A DNA stretch of 64,000 nucleotides from a virus (Duplodnaviria > Caudoviricetes). The DNA lies in IMG/VR virus record IMGVR_UViG_3300027282_000088, positions 18,420 through 82,419 of that record, one strand, 5' to 3'. The translations under genes and the position numbers were made by a program. How positions within the stretch are numbered: position 1 is the stretch's first letter; every line of letters starts with the position of its first letter. The notes under the pieces are model-generated. The model searched no databases. It saw only the letters and a list, made by a program, of their open reading frames with translations, and was not told the DNA's origin. Positions 1-9,311 of this stretch are shown here, one piece after another.

Positions 1-1
1 G

Positions 2-274
2 GATTCCATCCGTCATATTTTTGCACGCCACGGGAACCCAGAGCGCGAGGCCTCCCGTGGGCAGATAGCGGTCACCCCGGAAGACTTGGGACGGTTGCCC
101 GAGATATTCCAGCGCCCAGACAGCTTTGAATGGACGGATGCCCGTAGCGTGCAGTCTCGGGTCTTGCGTCTGACTAAGACTATCGGCGCACGGCGCTATG
201 TCGCGCATTTCGTCGCGCGACCGCGACGCCAGCGGCTCGTACTCTTGACCTATTGGGTGGAAAATATCGGCTGA
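2..274 (+). CDS. 3' end of MuF head morphogenesis protein with PBECR-type (barnase/EndoU/RelE-like) nuclease tip (partial)
   Basis: Frame from base 2 reads DSIRHIFARHGNPEREASRGQIAVTPEDLGRLPEIFQRPD, the HI..RHG...RGQ..T..D...LP pattern; lies directly before the gpG-like gene. Confidence 0.65.
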   Translation, partial: DSIRHIFARHGNPEREASRGQIAVTPEDLGRLPEIFQRPDSFEWTDARSVQSRVLRLTKTIGARRYVAHFVARPRRQRLVLLTYWVENIG

Positions 275-353
275 CCCCTCCCGTACGCCCAGACGCGTTC
301 CCGCAACCTGAATGCGGTGGGTGGATGCACAGCCGACAGAAAGGAGAATAGCC

Positions 354-869
354 ATGATCACCGTCGAAATCAATGAAGAGGAAATCACCCAAGCGCTCGC
401 CCGCGTGTCCGCTGCCCTCACCGACATGACCCCTTTGATGCAGGATATCGGCGAACTGATGGTCAATAGCACGCGGGAGAACTTCAAAGACGGCACCGAT
501 CCGGATGGCAATCCTTGGGCACCCAAGAGCCCGGCCACGCTCGAGGCGTACCGGCGGCGGGGCGACGGCCAGCCCACCCGGCCCCTGATCGGCCCCTCGC
601 GCATCCTGTCGACCACAATCAATGCCGAGCCATCGGCGGACCGGGTCGCATGGGGTTCGAACGTCATTCAGGCCGCCGTGATGCAGTTCGGAGCCGAGGC
701 CGGGGCGTTCGGCGCGCGCGCCGGGCGGGACAAGAATGGGCGCGAATTCATGATATCGATCCCGTGGGGAGACATTCCCGCACGTCCCTATCTCGGGGTC
801 GGCGATGAGGACGCCGACTCCATCGTCGCCACCATCGAAGAGTATTTGGACAGTGCCGCCGGACAGTGA
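354..869 (+). CDS. phage virion morphogenesis protein (Mu gpG-like)
   Basis: AAGGAG RBS before ATG 354; P.G.PW.P.S..T, A..HQFG-like and IPARPYLG motifs. Confidence 0.85.
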   Translation: MITVEINEEEITQALARVSAALTDMTPLMQDIGELMVNSTRENFKDGTDPDGNPWAPKSPATLEAYRRRGDGQPTRPLIGPSRILSTTINAEPSADRVAWGSNVIQAAVMQFGAEAGAFGARAGRDKNGREFMISIPWGDIPARPYLGVGDEDADSIVATIEEYLDSAAGQ

Positions 870-963
870 TTTGCACCCCGCTTCAGGGCTAACAGGGCCA
901 AATTTCTCTGAGAGCGGGGCCTGCAACCCGGCCTTTGTCCCGCAATGGCCTCTGAGCGCCTCA

Positions 964-987
964 TTAAATACCCCTTTAATACCCCCC
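964..987 (+). repeat. tandem 11-12 bp motif TTnAAyrCCCC x2
   Basis: ttaaatacccc-tttaatacccccc, intergenic. Confidence 0.7.
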
Positions 988-1134
988 TCGGGGATTTTGC
1001 GACCCAACCCCCGCCAGAGGTATGAGCGCACTCAGTGGGGCGTTCAGTGGCCTTGTGCATTCCGGGCTTGCCGCGCCCACCCCTCGGGCGCTACTCTGAT
1101 CCAAGGCGGCCTCTGCACCAGGACCGCTTTCCCC

Positions 1135-1177
1135 TGAAGTCCTTCATCTGATCTGGCCCGTCGCCCCGGCTTAATGT
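1135..1177 (+). promoter_or_regulatory. putative activator-dependent late promoter of the head operon (A)
   Basis: TGAAG-TC-CTTCA-TCTGA with a TAATGT -10-like hexamer 37 nt downstream; same geometry at 33333 and 42051. Confidence 0.7.
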
Positions 1178-1183
1178 CGGGTC

Positions 1184-2275
1184 ATGACAAAACCGCTTCA
1201 CATCTTCCGCGCTGGCCGCCACACCGCCCAATCCGGGCAGAGCCTCGACTTTTCCGAGGCCGAGGTTGAGGGCATCGCCGCCGCCTATGATCCCGCCCTC
1301 CATGAGGCCCCCATCGTCGTGGGCCATCCCCGCACCGATGCCCCGGCCTATGGCTGGGTCAAGAGCCTGCGCGCCGACGGCTCGGAGCTCTTTGCCGAGC
1401 CTGACCAGGTCGAACCCGCCTTCGCCGAGATGGTGCGCGCGGGCCGCTTCAAGCGCATTAGCGCCTGCTTCTATCCCCCCAAAGCCGCAGCAAACCCGAG
1501 CCCCGGCACCTACTACCTTAAGCATGTGGGCTTTCTGGGTGCCCAGCCCCCCGCCGTGAAAGGGCTGAAGGCCGCCGAGTTCGCCGAGGACGCCGAGGCC
1601 GTGACCCTAGAGATCGCCTTCTCAGAGGCGGAGGCCGACGCGCCTGCCGCCAGTTTCGCGGACGCCCTGAAAGGCGCGGTTTCCGCCGTCCTGTCCTGGG
1701 CACGCACGCCCGCAGGCCAAGACGCGCTCCGCCACGCCATCGACGTGCCCGAGGACGGACAAGCCCCCTTTGCAGAAACCCAAGAAGGAGAGACCGATAT
1801 GTCCGGCAAGGACACGCCAACCCCCGAAGACCGCCAAGCCGCGCTCGACGCGCGCGAGGCCGAGATCGCCGCGAAAGAGGCGGCTTTCGCCGAGGCGCAG
1901 AGCACGACCCGCCGCGCCGAAGATGCCGCCCTCCTCGACGCCCTTGCCAAGGACGGGCGCATCGCGCCGGGCCTCAAGGACGAAATGGCCGCGTTTATGG
2001 AAAGCCTCGATGCGCAAGACGAGGTGGCCTTTGCCGAAGGCAAGAGCGCCAGCCCGCGCGACTGGTTCCGCGACCTGCTCTCCAAACAGACCAAGCCGCT
2101 GATCGAATTCGGCGAGCGGGCGAGCGGTGATGCCACGCCGCAGGTCAAGGGGTCGGACGATATCACCGCCGCCGCCAAGCGTCTGATCAAGGACGCCGAG
2201 GCGGAGGGCCGCACGCTGAGCTTCGCCGAGGCCGCACGCCACATCGAGGCAACCATGGAGAGCGACAATGGCTAA
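1184..2275 (+). CDS. Mu gpI-like prohead protease/scaffold
   Basis: HEAPIVVGHP, PAYGWV, YLKHVGFLGAQPPAVKGL motifs; position before the capsid genes. Confidence 0.9.
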   Translation: MTKPLHIFRAGRHTAQSGQSLDFSEAEVEGIAAAYDPALHEAPIVVGHPRTDAPAYGWVKSLRADGSELFAEPDQVEPAFAEMVRAGRFKRISACFYPPKAAANPSPGTYYLKHVGFLGAQPPAVKGLKAAEFAEDAEAVTLEIAFSEAEADAPAASFADALKGAVSAVLSWARTPAGQDALRHAIDVPEDGQAPFAETQEGETDMSGKDTPTPEDRQAALDAREAEIAAKEAAFAEAQSTTRRAEDAALLDALAKDGRIAPGLKDEMAAFMESLDAQDEVAFAEGKSASPRDWFRDLLSKQTKPLIEFGERASGDATPQVKGSDDITAAAKRLIKDAEAEGRTLSFAEAARHIEATMESDNG

Positions 2276-2633
2276 TCCCGGACTGTTCATCAAATCCTAC
2301 GCCGCCGAGGCGGCAGTGCCCGGTCGCCGGATCGTCAAATTCGGCGCGGCTGGCGGCGTCCTTGTGGCCGCCTCCGCGACCAATCTCGCGATTGGCATCT
2401 CGGACCAGCTCGACGCGAAACTTGGCGATCTTCAGGACGTGATCATGTCCGGCTCCGCCGAGCTTGAGCTTGCAGGCACGGTCGCTGCAGGTGCCCCTGT
2501 CACGTCAAATGCCGCAGGTTTGGGCGTCGCAGCCGCCGCCGGGGCCGGAAACGTCGCCGTCGGCTACGCGCTGCAGGCCGGTGTCGCTGGCGACATCATC
2601 GATGTGGCGATTGCCCGCCACTCCGTCACCTGA
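2268..2633 (+). CDS. capsid decoration/cement protein (DUF2190-like)
   Basis: 121 aa, Ala/Gly-rich, between protease and capsid; paralog at 43179. Confidence 0.7.
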   Translation: MANPGLFIKSYAAEAAVPGRRIVKFGAAGGVLVAASATNLAIGISDQLDAKLGDLQDVIMSGSAELELAGTVAAGAPVTSNAAGLGVAAAAGAGNVAVGYALQAGVAGDIIDVAIARHSVT

Positions 2634-2653
2634 TCCTCAAGGAGCGCTGATCA

Positions 2654-3613
2654 ATGAGCACACCCACCCCCTTCGTCGTCGATCCGGTCCTGACCGCCAT
2701 CGCCGTCAACTACCGCAACCCCGATATCTCGTTCATTGCTGACCAGGTGATGCCCCGCGTTCCGGTCATGGGCACGGATTTCAAATGGACCTATTTCCCG
2801 CCTGAACAGATGTTCACGGTGCCTGACACGGAAGTGGGCCGCAAAGGTCTGGTCCAACAGGTCGAGTTCACCGGCGAAGAGCGCACCTCCTCGGTCAAGG
2901 ACTACGGTCTCGACGACGTGGTGCCGCAGCGCGACATCGATACTGCCCGCAGCCTGCGCGCCGCTGGCAACTCGGCCTTCGATCCCGAGGCCCGCGCGGT
3001 CGAAGGCGTCACGCATCTGATCCAGCTCGACCGCGAAAAGCGCGTCGCGGCCATGGTGCAGGACGCCGCAAACTATGACGCCGACAAGAAAGTGGTGCTG
3101 TCGGGCGCGGGCCAGTTCAGCGATCCCGCCTCCGACCCTATCGGCGTGATCTCTGCTGCCCTCGACGCCACCTTCATCATGCGCCCGAACGTGGCCGCAA
3201 TGGGCCGCAAGGCCTGGACGGCGCTCTCAACCCATCCCGATATCCTGAAGGCCATCAACCGCACGTCGGGCGACAAGGGCCGCGCCAGCCGCGAGGCGGT
3301 GGCAGAGCTGTTCGAGCTGTCGGAAATCCTCGTGGGCGACAGCTACATCAACTCAGCCCGCAAAGGGCAAACGGCCGCTTTTGAGAAGGTCTGGGGCGGC
3401 AATATCGCCCTGATCCACCGCAACATGCAGGCAGGCCCCGACGGCACCGCCCCCGCATGGGGCTGGACCGCACAGTTCGATGGCCGCGTCTCGGGGCGCT
3501 TCTTCGACCCCAAGGTCGGTCTAAAAGGGGCCACCACGCTGCGCGTGGGCGAGCAGCTCCGCGAAGTCATCGCGGCCCCCGCCACCGGCTATCTGATCGA
3601 GGACGCAGCATGA
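2654..3613 (+). CDS. major capsid protein
   Basis: 319 aa; DPVLTAIA start; 13 substitutions versus 43564-44523. Confidence 0.85.
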   Translation: MSTPTPFVVDPVLTAIAVNYRNPDISFIADQVMPRVPVMGTDFKWTYFPPEQMFTVPDTEVGRKGLVQQVEFTGEERTSSVKDYGLDDVVPQRDIDTARSLRAAGNSAFDPEARAVEGVTHLIQLDREKRVAAMVQDAANYDADKKVVLSGAGQFSDPASDPIGVISAALDATFIMRPNVAAMGRKAWTALSTHPDILKAINRTSGDKGRASREAVAELFELSEILVGDSYINSARKGQTAAFEKVWGGNIALIHRNMQAGPDGTAPAWGWTAQFDGRVSGRFFDPKVGLKGATTLRVGEQLREVIAAPATGYLIEDAA

Positions 3614-3966
3614 GCTATCGCATCAAACGCACTGTGATCGCGGCCAAACGGCTGGAGATCGGCGACCAGGTAAACGCCAAGGATATCGGCACCGAGGCGC
3701 AGGTTGCGCGCCTCCTCGCCCTGGGCGCAATCGAAAAGGCCGGAGACGAGGCGGGAACCGTGACCCCACTCGAGATGGACGACGCACTGCGCGCGGCCTT
3801 GACCAATGCCATCAACGACCTGCCCGGCGACGCCTTCGACAAGAGCGGCAAGCCTAAGGTCAAGGCGTTGCAGGACGCAGCCCCCAGCATCGCCGACCGG
3901 ATCACCGCAGCCGCGCGGGATACCGTCTGGGCTGAGATGCAGGCCGCCGCCAACGCGGCCACCTGA
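3610..3966 (+). CDS. small head-associated protein
   Basis: ATGA overlap with the capsid stop; FDKSGKPKVKALQ motif; paralog at 44520. Confidence 0.65.
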   Translation: MSYRIKRTVIAAKRLEIGDQVNAKDIGTEAQVARLLALGAIEKAGDEAGTVTPLEMDDALRAALTNAINDLPGDAFDKSGKPKVKALQDAAPSIADRITAAARDTVWAEMQAAANAAT

Positions 3967-3982
3967 GAATACCCCCGAGGGG

Positions 3983-4027
3983 ACGCCGCCTAGGATCAGG
4001 CGTGACAGCCGGGAGAGACCGGCACCC
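3983..4027 (+). ncRNA. conserved two-hairpin RNA motif downstream of the capsid genes (compare Mu-gpT-DE motif)
   Basis: ACGCC/GGCGT stem then GACAGCCGGGAGAGACCGGCAC; the B copy shows a covarying ACGTC/GACGT stem. Confidence 0.55.
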
Positions 4028-4050
4028 AAACAACGGACCCGGAGGCGGAC

Positions 4051-4476
4051 ATGCCCTATCTTTTGCCCAGCGACATGATCGACCGCTACGGCGAGGGGTT
4101 TCTCGCCCAAGTCACTGCGCGTGACACAATGCCCGGGGTGATCGACACGGCGGCGCTGCAGGTGGCCGTCGACGATGCCGTCTCCGTCGCCGAGAGCTAT
4201 GTCGCGGGGCTTTATGATACGTCCAACCCACCGCGTGCGCTCACCATGCACGCCGCCGCGATTGCCTGGTATCGGCTTCTCGGCGCGCGGGCCGCTGCCT
4301 TTGACGGGGCCAAGGAAGGCTATGAGGACGCCGTCAGTTTTCTGCGGCAGGTGCGCAAGGGCGAGGCCTCGCTCGGCGACGAGACGCCCGGGGACACTGT
4401 GCGGGGCAACCCCCAGCTTCCGCAGATCAGCGCGCCGGAGGGCACCTTCAGCCGCGACAGCCTGAAAGGGTTTTGA
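4051..4476 (+). CDS. head-tail connector (Mu gp36/DUF1320-like)
   Basis: MPYL...DMIDRYGE start, YEDAVSFLRQV..G motif. Confidence 0.8.
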   Translation: MPYLLPSDMIDRYGEGFLAQVTARDTMPGVIDTAALQVAVDDAVSVAESYVAGLYDTSNPPRALTMHAAAIAWYRLLGARAAAFDGAKEGYEDAVSFLRQVRKGEASLGDETPGDTVRGNPQLPQISAPEGTFSRDSLKGF

Positions 4477-4477
4477 A

Positions 4478-4909
4478 ATGATCGGCGACGTCATCACCCG
4501 GATCGAGGCTGAGGTGCCCGAGCTTGCCGGTCGTGTCGACGGCGGGCGCGCCTTTGTCGATCTGATCCGCTCCAAGAAGCTGCCCGCGCAATCGGTCGCG
4601 GCCTACGTCTTTCCCTCCGGCATGCAGGGCGGGCGCGCCGATGCCGCGGCGGGCGTCTACAGCCAGATGCTGACCTATCGCACGAGCGTGGTGATCTTCG
4701 TGCAATCCTTTGACCGCACGGGGGCCACCGCCCTCGACAAGATCGACCAGTTCCTGATGCGCGTGATCCGCGCCTTGGCGGGCTGGGCACCGGGTGACGA
4801 GGTCGGCGTGCACCGTTTTGAGCGTGGCCAGCTCATCGAGAGCGGGGCCGGTCGCCTCGCCTATCAACTCGATTTCTCCATCGACGATCAACTGAGGATC
4901 ATCTCATGA
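4478..4909 (+). CDS. tail terminator-like protein
   Basis: Position before the tube gene; paralog at 46207. Confidence 0.65.
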   Translation: MIGDVITRIEAEVPELAGRVDGGRAFVDLIRSKKLPAQSVAAYVFPSGMQGGRADAAAGVYSQMLTYRTSVVIFVQSFDRTGATALDKIDQFLMRVIRALAGWAPGDEVGVHRFERGQLIESGAGRLAYQLDFSIDDQLRIIS

Positions 4910-5031
4910 CCAAACTTCCCACCTCCGGCGGATCCTACACCCGCGACGACAAGGGCGCGCTGAAACCTGCCGGGGCCAGCCCCAAGCCCACGTCCGCGCC
5001 CAAATCTGACAAGAAGGATGCCGACAAATGA
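4906..5031 (+). CDS. small hypothetical protein (41 aa)
   Basis: ATGA overlaps at both ends; frame conserved in the paralog 46638-46766; not in the ORF track. Confidence 0.6.
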   Translation: MTKLPTSGGSYTRDDKGALKPAGASPKPTSAPKSDKKDADK

Positions 5032-5963
5032 GCCTGCTCTGGAGACGCAAAGTCCTGCTCGCGAAGCTGGAAACCACCTATGGAACGGACGCCACCCCTA
5101 CTGGCGGCGACGCAATCCTCGCGACCGATGTGCGCCTGTCGCCGATGCAGGGTCAGGATCTCGACCGCAATCTCGACACGCCGCACGGCGGGCCCACCGG
5201 CACGATCCCGGTCGATCTGCACCGCACCATCTCGTTCAAGGTCGAACTGGCAGGCTCCGGCACCGCCGGAACCGCGCCCCGCTGGGGCCGCCTCCTGCGG
5301 GCCTGTGGCTGTGCCGAGACCGTGACGGCGGCGACGTCTGTGGTCTACAATCGGGTTTACTCGAACCTTGAGAGCGTCACGCTGCACCTCAATATCGGCG
5401 GCACGCTCTACGCCATGGTGGGGGTGCGCGGGACCGCCGCCTTTGACGTCTCGGCCTCGGGCATTCCCTATATCGAGTTCGAGTTCACCGCCCTCTACGT
5501 GGCCCCGGCCGACGTGGCGATCCCGACCCCAGATTTCACCGGCATTCCCGATCCGCTCGCGGCCTCGGATGCCAACACGCCCACCTTCACGATTGATGAG
5601 ACGTCGCTTGTGATGCGGAGCTTCAAGCTCACCCTCGCCAATCGCGTCGAGGCGCAATTCCTGATCGGTGAGGAGGAAGTGCTACTCGACGGGCATGAGA
5701 ACACCGTCGAGGCGCGGGTGCGTGCCGTGGCGCTGGCCACGTTCAACCCGTTCACCATGGCCGCCACCAAAGCCAAGGTCGCGCTCGAGATCGAGCACGG
5801 CAAGACGGCAGGCAACATCGTCAATATCGCCGCCCCGAATGCGCAGATGCAGCGTCCTGAAGGGCTTGAGGACGGTCAGGGTCGCAAGGAGTGGCCGCTG
5901 CGCCTTGTGCCGCTGCCCACCACCGCTACCGCTGCCGACCAGTGGACGATGACGCTCACCTGA
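5028..5963 (+). CDS. major tail tube protein
   Basis: 311 aa, followed by frameshifted chaperones and tape measure; paralog at 46763. Confidence 0.8.
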   Translation: MSLLWRRKVLLAKLETTYGTDATPTGGDAILATDVRLSPMQGQDLDRNLDTPHGGPTGTIPVDLHRTISFKVELAGSGTAGTAPRWGRLLRACGCAETVTAATSVVYNRVYSNLESVTLHLNIGGTLYAMVGVRGTAAFDVSASGIPYIEFEFTALYVAPADVAIPTPDFTGIPDPLAASDANTPTFTIDETSLVMRSFKLTLANRVEAQFLIGEEEVLLDGHENTVEARVRAVALATFNPFTMAATKAKVALEIEHGKTAGNIVNIAAPNAQMQRPEGLEDGQGRKEWPLRLVPLPTTATAADQWTMTLT

Positions 5964-5968
5964 GGGGC

Positions 5969-5991
5969 TTTAACGCGCCCTTCAACGCCAC
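5969..5991 (+). repeat. tandem 12 bp motif
   Basis: tttaacgcgccc-ttcaacgccac right after the tube stop. Confidence 0.6.
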
Positions 5992-6011
5992 TTTGAAAGA
6001 GAGTTTACCCC

Positions 6012-6341
6012 ATGTTCAAGATCGACCCGACCCCGGCCTTTACCCACCGCGTCGAGATCAAGGTGCCCACCGACGGGGGCCATGACTTGCAGGACCTGCA
6101 AGTCACGTTCCGCGTGCTGCCCGACGATGAAATCGAGGCTTTCGACATGCGCACCACACGCGGTGAGCGGGAATTTCTAGCGGCGGCCGTGGTGGGCTTT
6201 GACGACGTCGAAGACGAGAAGGGCAAGACGCTGCCCTACAGCCACAGCCTGCGCGACCGGCTGATCGGTCTGGCCTATGTCCGCGTCGCCCTGGTCAATG
6301 CCTATCACGCGGCGCTCATGGGGAAGCGGGTAAAAAACTGA
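6012..6341 (+). CDS. tail assembly chaperone (lambda G-like)
   Basis: Between tube and tape measure; ends in a slippery A-AAA-AAC. Confidence 0.8.
   Translation: MFKIDPTPAFTHRVEIKVPTDGGHDLQDLQVTFRVLPDDEIEAFDMRTTRGEREFLAAAVVGFDDVEDEKGKTLPYSHSLRDRLIGLAYVRVALVNAYHAALMGKRVKN
6332..6338 (+). promoter_or_regulatory. programmed -1 ribosomal frameshift site
   Basis: A AAA AAC heptamer before TGA; the -1 frame is open to 6700; identical at 48068. Confidence 0.8.
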
Positions 6342-6700
6342 AATGGGCCGGGCGGGCATGGGCGCGCGGCGACCTGATCGCTGATGACCAGGGCAGCGAC
6401 CATGATGACGAGGCGGCGTTCTGGGGGATCGACCCGGGCCAGCTCACTCGCGATCCGTCCGGCTCTGGCACTGGCACTGGCATCTGGCCGCAAAACGTCC
6501 CGGTCGTTCGGGCCTTCCTCGCGGTCTGCAATCAATGGCGCACTGTCTCGGCCGGGCTGGCCGGTTTCCGGGTCGTGGGCCTCGACTACACCGCTGCACG
6601 GGCGGGCCTGCGCATGAGCGGGATACGGATCACGCCCCAACTTTGGGCCGAGGTACAGGTGATCGAAAGCGCGGCCGTGGCCGCGATGCGGGAGAGCTGA
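6338..6700 (+). CDS. frameshift extension of the tail chaperone (GT-like, DUF1799-like)
   Basis: -1 frame reads LKWAGRAW...WPQNVPVVRAFLAVCNQWR...GLDY; stop at 6698-6700. Confidence 0.75.
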   Translation: MKWAGRAWARGDLIADDQGSDHDDEAAFWGIDPGQLTRDPSGSGTGTGIWPQNVPVVRAFLAVCNQWRTVSAGLAGFRVVGLDYTAARAGLRMSGIRITPQLWAEVQVIESAAVAAMRES

Positions 6701-6701
6701 C

Positions 6702-9311
6702 ATGACATTGGTCGCACGGGCCGAAATCCTCATGGACGCCGACCAGGCGAAGGCGGAGCTGCAGGCAACCGGCACCGCCGCCAAAGGGGCCGCCCAAGAC
6801 ATTCGCGGCGTGGGCACCCAAGGGGCCAATGCAGCGCGCGGTGTGAAACAACTCGAGACCGCCGCGCGGACCTCGGCAACGGGCCTGACCGCTGCCAGTT
6901 CCGCTGCGAATGTCAACACTGCTGCAACTCAGAAAATGGCCTCGGCCAATCGCCTTGCCGCAGGCTCGATGGGCAACCTGGTGGCGCAGGGCAATGACGT
7001 CTTCGTCATGCTGGCAGCGGGGCAGAACCCGCTGACACTGGCTATCCAGCAGGGCACGCAGATCACTCAAGTCATAGGCCCGCTCGGGGCTGCAGGCGCG
7101 TTCCGGGCTTTGGGCGGCGCGGTTCTTGCGATGCTGAGCCCCATTAATCTGATCACCATCGGCGCGCTCGCGGCGACGGCTACCGTGGTCAACTGGTTCA
7201 TGTCATCGTCAGAAGAGGCCGAGAGCTTCGCGGACAGCGTTGAAGCGCTCGAGACCCGCATCGACAGCCTGAAGGACAAGATCGCCGAGGCCTCTGCCAC
7301 CCGGCTGGAGCTGGCCGACCGGTTTGGTGAAGGCTTCGTTGACCGCGCGCAGGACATTCTCGACCGCATCGTCGAGGCAGAAAAGCGCGCGGCACAGCGC
7401 GAGGCGGCGTCAAATATCGGCTCGTTTGTCGGCGAGACGGGCATAAACCCCTCGCGTGGCGTCGGATTTAACCGCCGTGCCATCGAAGACGAATTCGACT
7501 TCGGCGGCATTATCCGAGACCGAAGCGTATTTGACGAACAACGCAGGCTTGCGGAAGCCGTCGCAGAGGACCTGATCGCGCTGCAGGACGCCGCTGGCGG
7601 GACAATTGAACAGCAGCAAGGCGCCATTGAGGCGCTCATTCTAAGCTACACCGCCGCCGCCGAAGCGGTGGGGACAATATCCGAGGCAGAAGAAGCCCGA
7701 CTTCTGACACTTGACCAGATGCGTATCCGCTTGGCCGAAGTCGCCGAGCTTCAATCGCAAAACCCTGAGGACAACCGCCAGTCCGAGGAAATGCTGACCT
7801 TCCTCGACCTGGTGACCAAAAGCACCGGCGAGCAGCTGAAGGCCGAGGCGGCGGCGCAGGCCATGCTTTTGACGCTGACCGAGCAGAATGCGGTCGCGGA
7901 GGCTATCGCCCGGACCGGCGCGGACAGCGTCGAAGTCTCGCGCCTACGCGCGCAGTTCGCCCTCAACGCCAAGCTGGAGGAGATCGCGGCTTCGGACGCA
8001 AGCGAGGCAACCAAGGAGGCACTGCGCGAGGCGGCTGAAGCTGCATTTGATCTGTCGACGGTAGATGTTTCCGGCGCGTTGAACGCCGCCGCAAATGAGG
8101 CAGCCCGCCTCTCGGCCGAGGTGCGCGGCGCTGTCGACGCAATGTTCGACCTGCAATCTCAAGGGCAGGCCCAGCTTGAGACCGCGCGTATCCGTGCCGA
8201 GTTCCGCGACGACCCTGTTGGACGTGCGGGGGCCTTGGCCGGTGCACGTTTTGACAGAGACACACAACCACTTCGCCGCGACGGCTTTGCGAACGCCGGG
8301 GAGGAAGCCTTTCTCAACAGCCAACGGCAAGCCGCCATCGAGCAGGCCCGCGAAATTGCGCGCCTCAACGAGCAGGCCCGACCCACGCGGTCCGGCAGCG
8401 GCGCGCGGGGCACATCGACCAACGAGACCCTGCGCGAACAGCAGGCCCTTGACCGGCTGATCGCATCCAAACAGCGCGAGATAGAGGCCCTGCGCGAAAG
8501 CGATCCGGTGCAGCGCGAGATGATCCGCTTGCGTGAACGCCTGACCGCCGCGACGCCAAAGCAACGTGCGGAGATCGAGGCTCTCGTCGAGGCCCATGAA
8601 AACGAGCGCGTCGCCATGGAGCGCAAGGAGGAATTCGGCAACGCCGTCGACGACGTGCTGCTCGAGGCCGAAAGCCTCCGGGACGTCTGGGAGGGGATCG
8701 GCGACATGATCATCCGCGCGGCCAAGGAAGCGCTCATCCTCGGCTCTGGCCCGCTGTCCGGTCTCTTTGGGGGCAGCGGCGGCGGCGGTCTCCTGAGCGG
8801 GATCTTCGGCGGCGGCGGGCTTGGCGATCTCTTTGACCTTTTCTCGGGAGGCTCGCTGCTCTCCTTCGCCAATGGCGGCCTGCCCGGCTTTGCCAGCGGC
8901 GGCGATCCTCTTGTCACCCGTCCCGGCCTCCTCTTGGGCGCAGGCACGGGCCGGGGCGACCGTATTCGCGCGATGGTGAGTGCCGGGGAATTCATCATGA
9001 CGGCCGAGGCCACAGCGCGCAACCGCGCGGTGCTCGAGGCCATGAACGCAGGCGCGATCATTCCGGGCTTTGCCGGGGGCGGCCTGCCCCTGCCTGTGCA
9101 GGCTGCGGGCGCAGCGCCGGCAAGAGGTGGCGGCGCGGGCGCTTCGGCGGAGGGCATGACACGCCTGCGGATCGAGCCGTCGGACCTGTTCCGTGTCGTC
9201 GTCGAGGACCGCGCGCGGGACGTGGCCGTGGACGTAGTCGACAACTTTTCAAACGAGCAGCTGCCGCTCCGGGTCGAGACGATCCGGCGCGACCCGCTGG
9301 GGAGGGGATAA
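6702..9311 (+). CDS. tail tape measure protein
   Basis: 869 aa, helical and Ala-rich; GQNPLTLAIQQGTQI lambda-family motif. Confidence 0.9.
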   Translation: MTLVARAEILMDADQAKAELQATGTAAKGAAQDIRGVGTQGANAARGVKQLETAARTSATGLTAASSAANVNTAATQKMASANRLAAGSMGNLVAQGNDVFVMLAAGQNPLTLAIQQGTQITQVIGPLGAAGAFRALGGAVLAMLSPINLITIGALAATATVVNWFMSSSEEAESFADSVEALETRIDSLKDKIAEASATRLELADRFGEGFVDRAQDILDRIVEAEKRAAQREAASNIGSFVGETGINPSRGVGFNRRAIEDEFDFGGIIRDRSVFDEQRRLAEAVAEDLIALQDAAGGTIEQQQGAIEALILSYTAAAEAVGTISEAEEARLLTLDQMRIRLAEVAELQSQNPEDNRQSEEMLTFLDLVTKSTGEQLKAEAAAQAMLLTLTEQNAVAEAIARTGADSVEVSRLRAQFALNAKLEEIAASDASEATKEALREAAEAAFDLSTVDVSGALNAAANEAARLSAEVRGAVDAMFDLQSQGQAQLETARIRAEFRDDPVGRAGALAGARFDRDTQPLRRDGFANAGEEAFLNSQRQAAIEQAREIARLNEQARPTRSGSGARGTSTNETLREQQALDRLIASKQREIEALRESDPVQREMIRLRERLTAATPKQRAEIEALVEAHENERVAMERKEEFGNAVDDVLLEAESLRDVWEGIGDMIIRAAKEALILGSGPLSGLFGGSGGGGLLSGIFGGGGLGDLFDLFSGGSLLSFANGGLPGFASGGDPLVTRPGLLLGAGTGRGDRIRAMVSAGEFIMTAEATARNRAVLEAMNAGAIIPGFAGGGLPLPVQAAGAAPARGGGAGASAEGMTRLRIEPSDLFRVVVEDRARDVAVDVVDNFSNEQLPLRVETIRRDPLGRG

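Noticed and set aside
6332-6338. Programmed frameshift as a novelty
   Set aside because: Real, but a well-known feature of tail chaperone genes; listed under features only.
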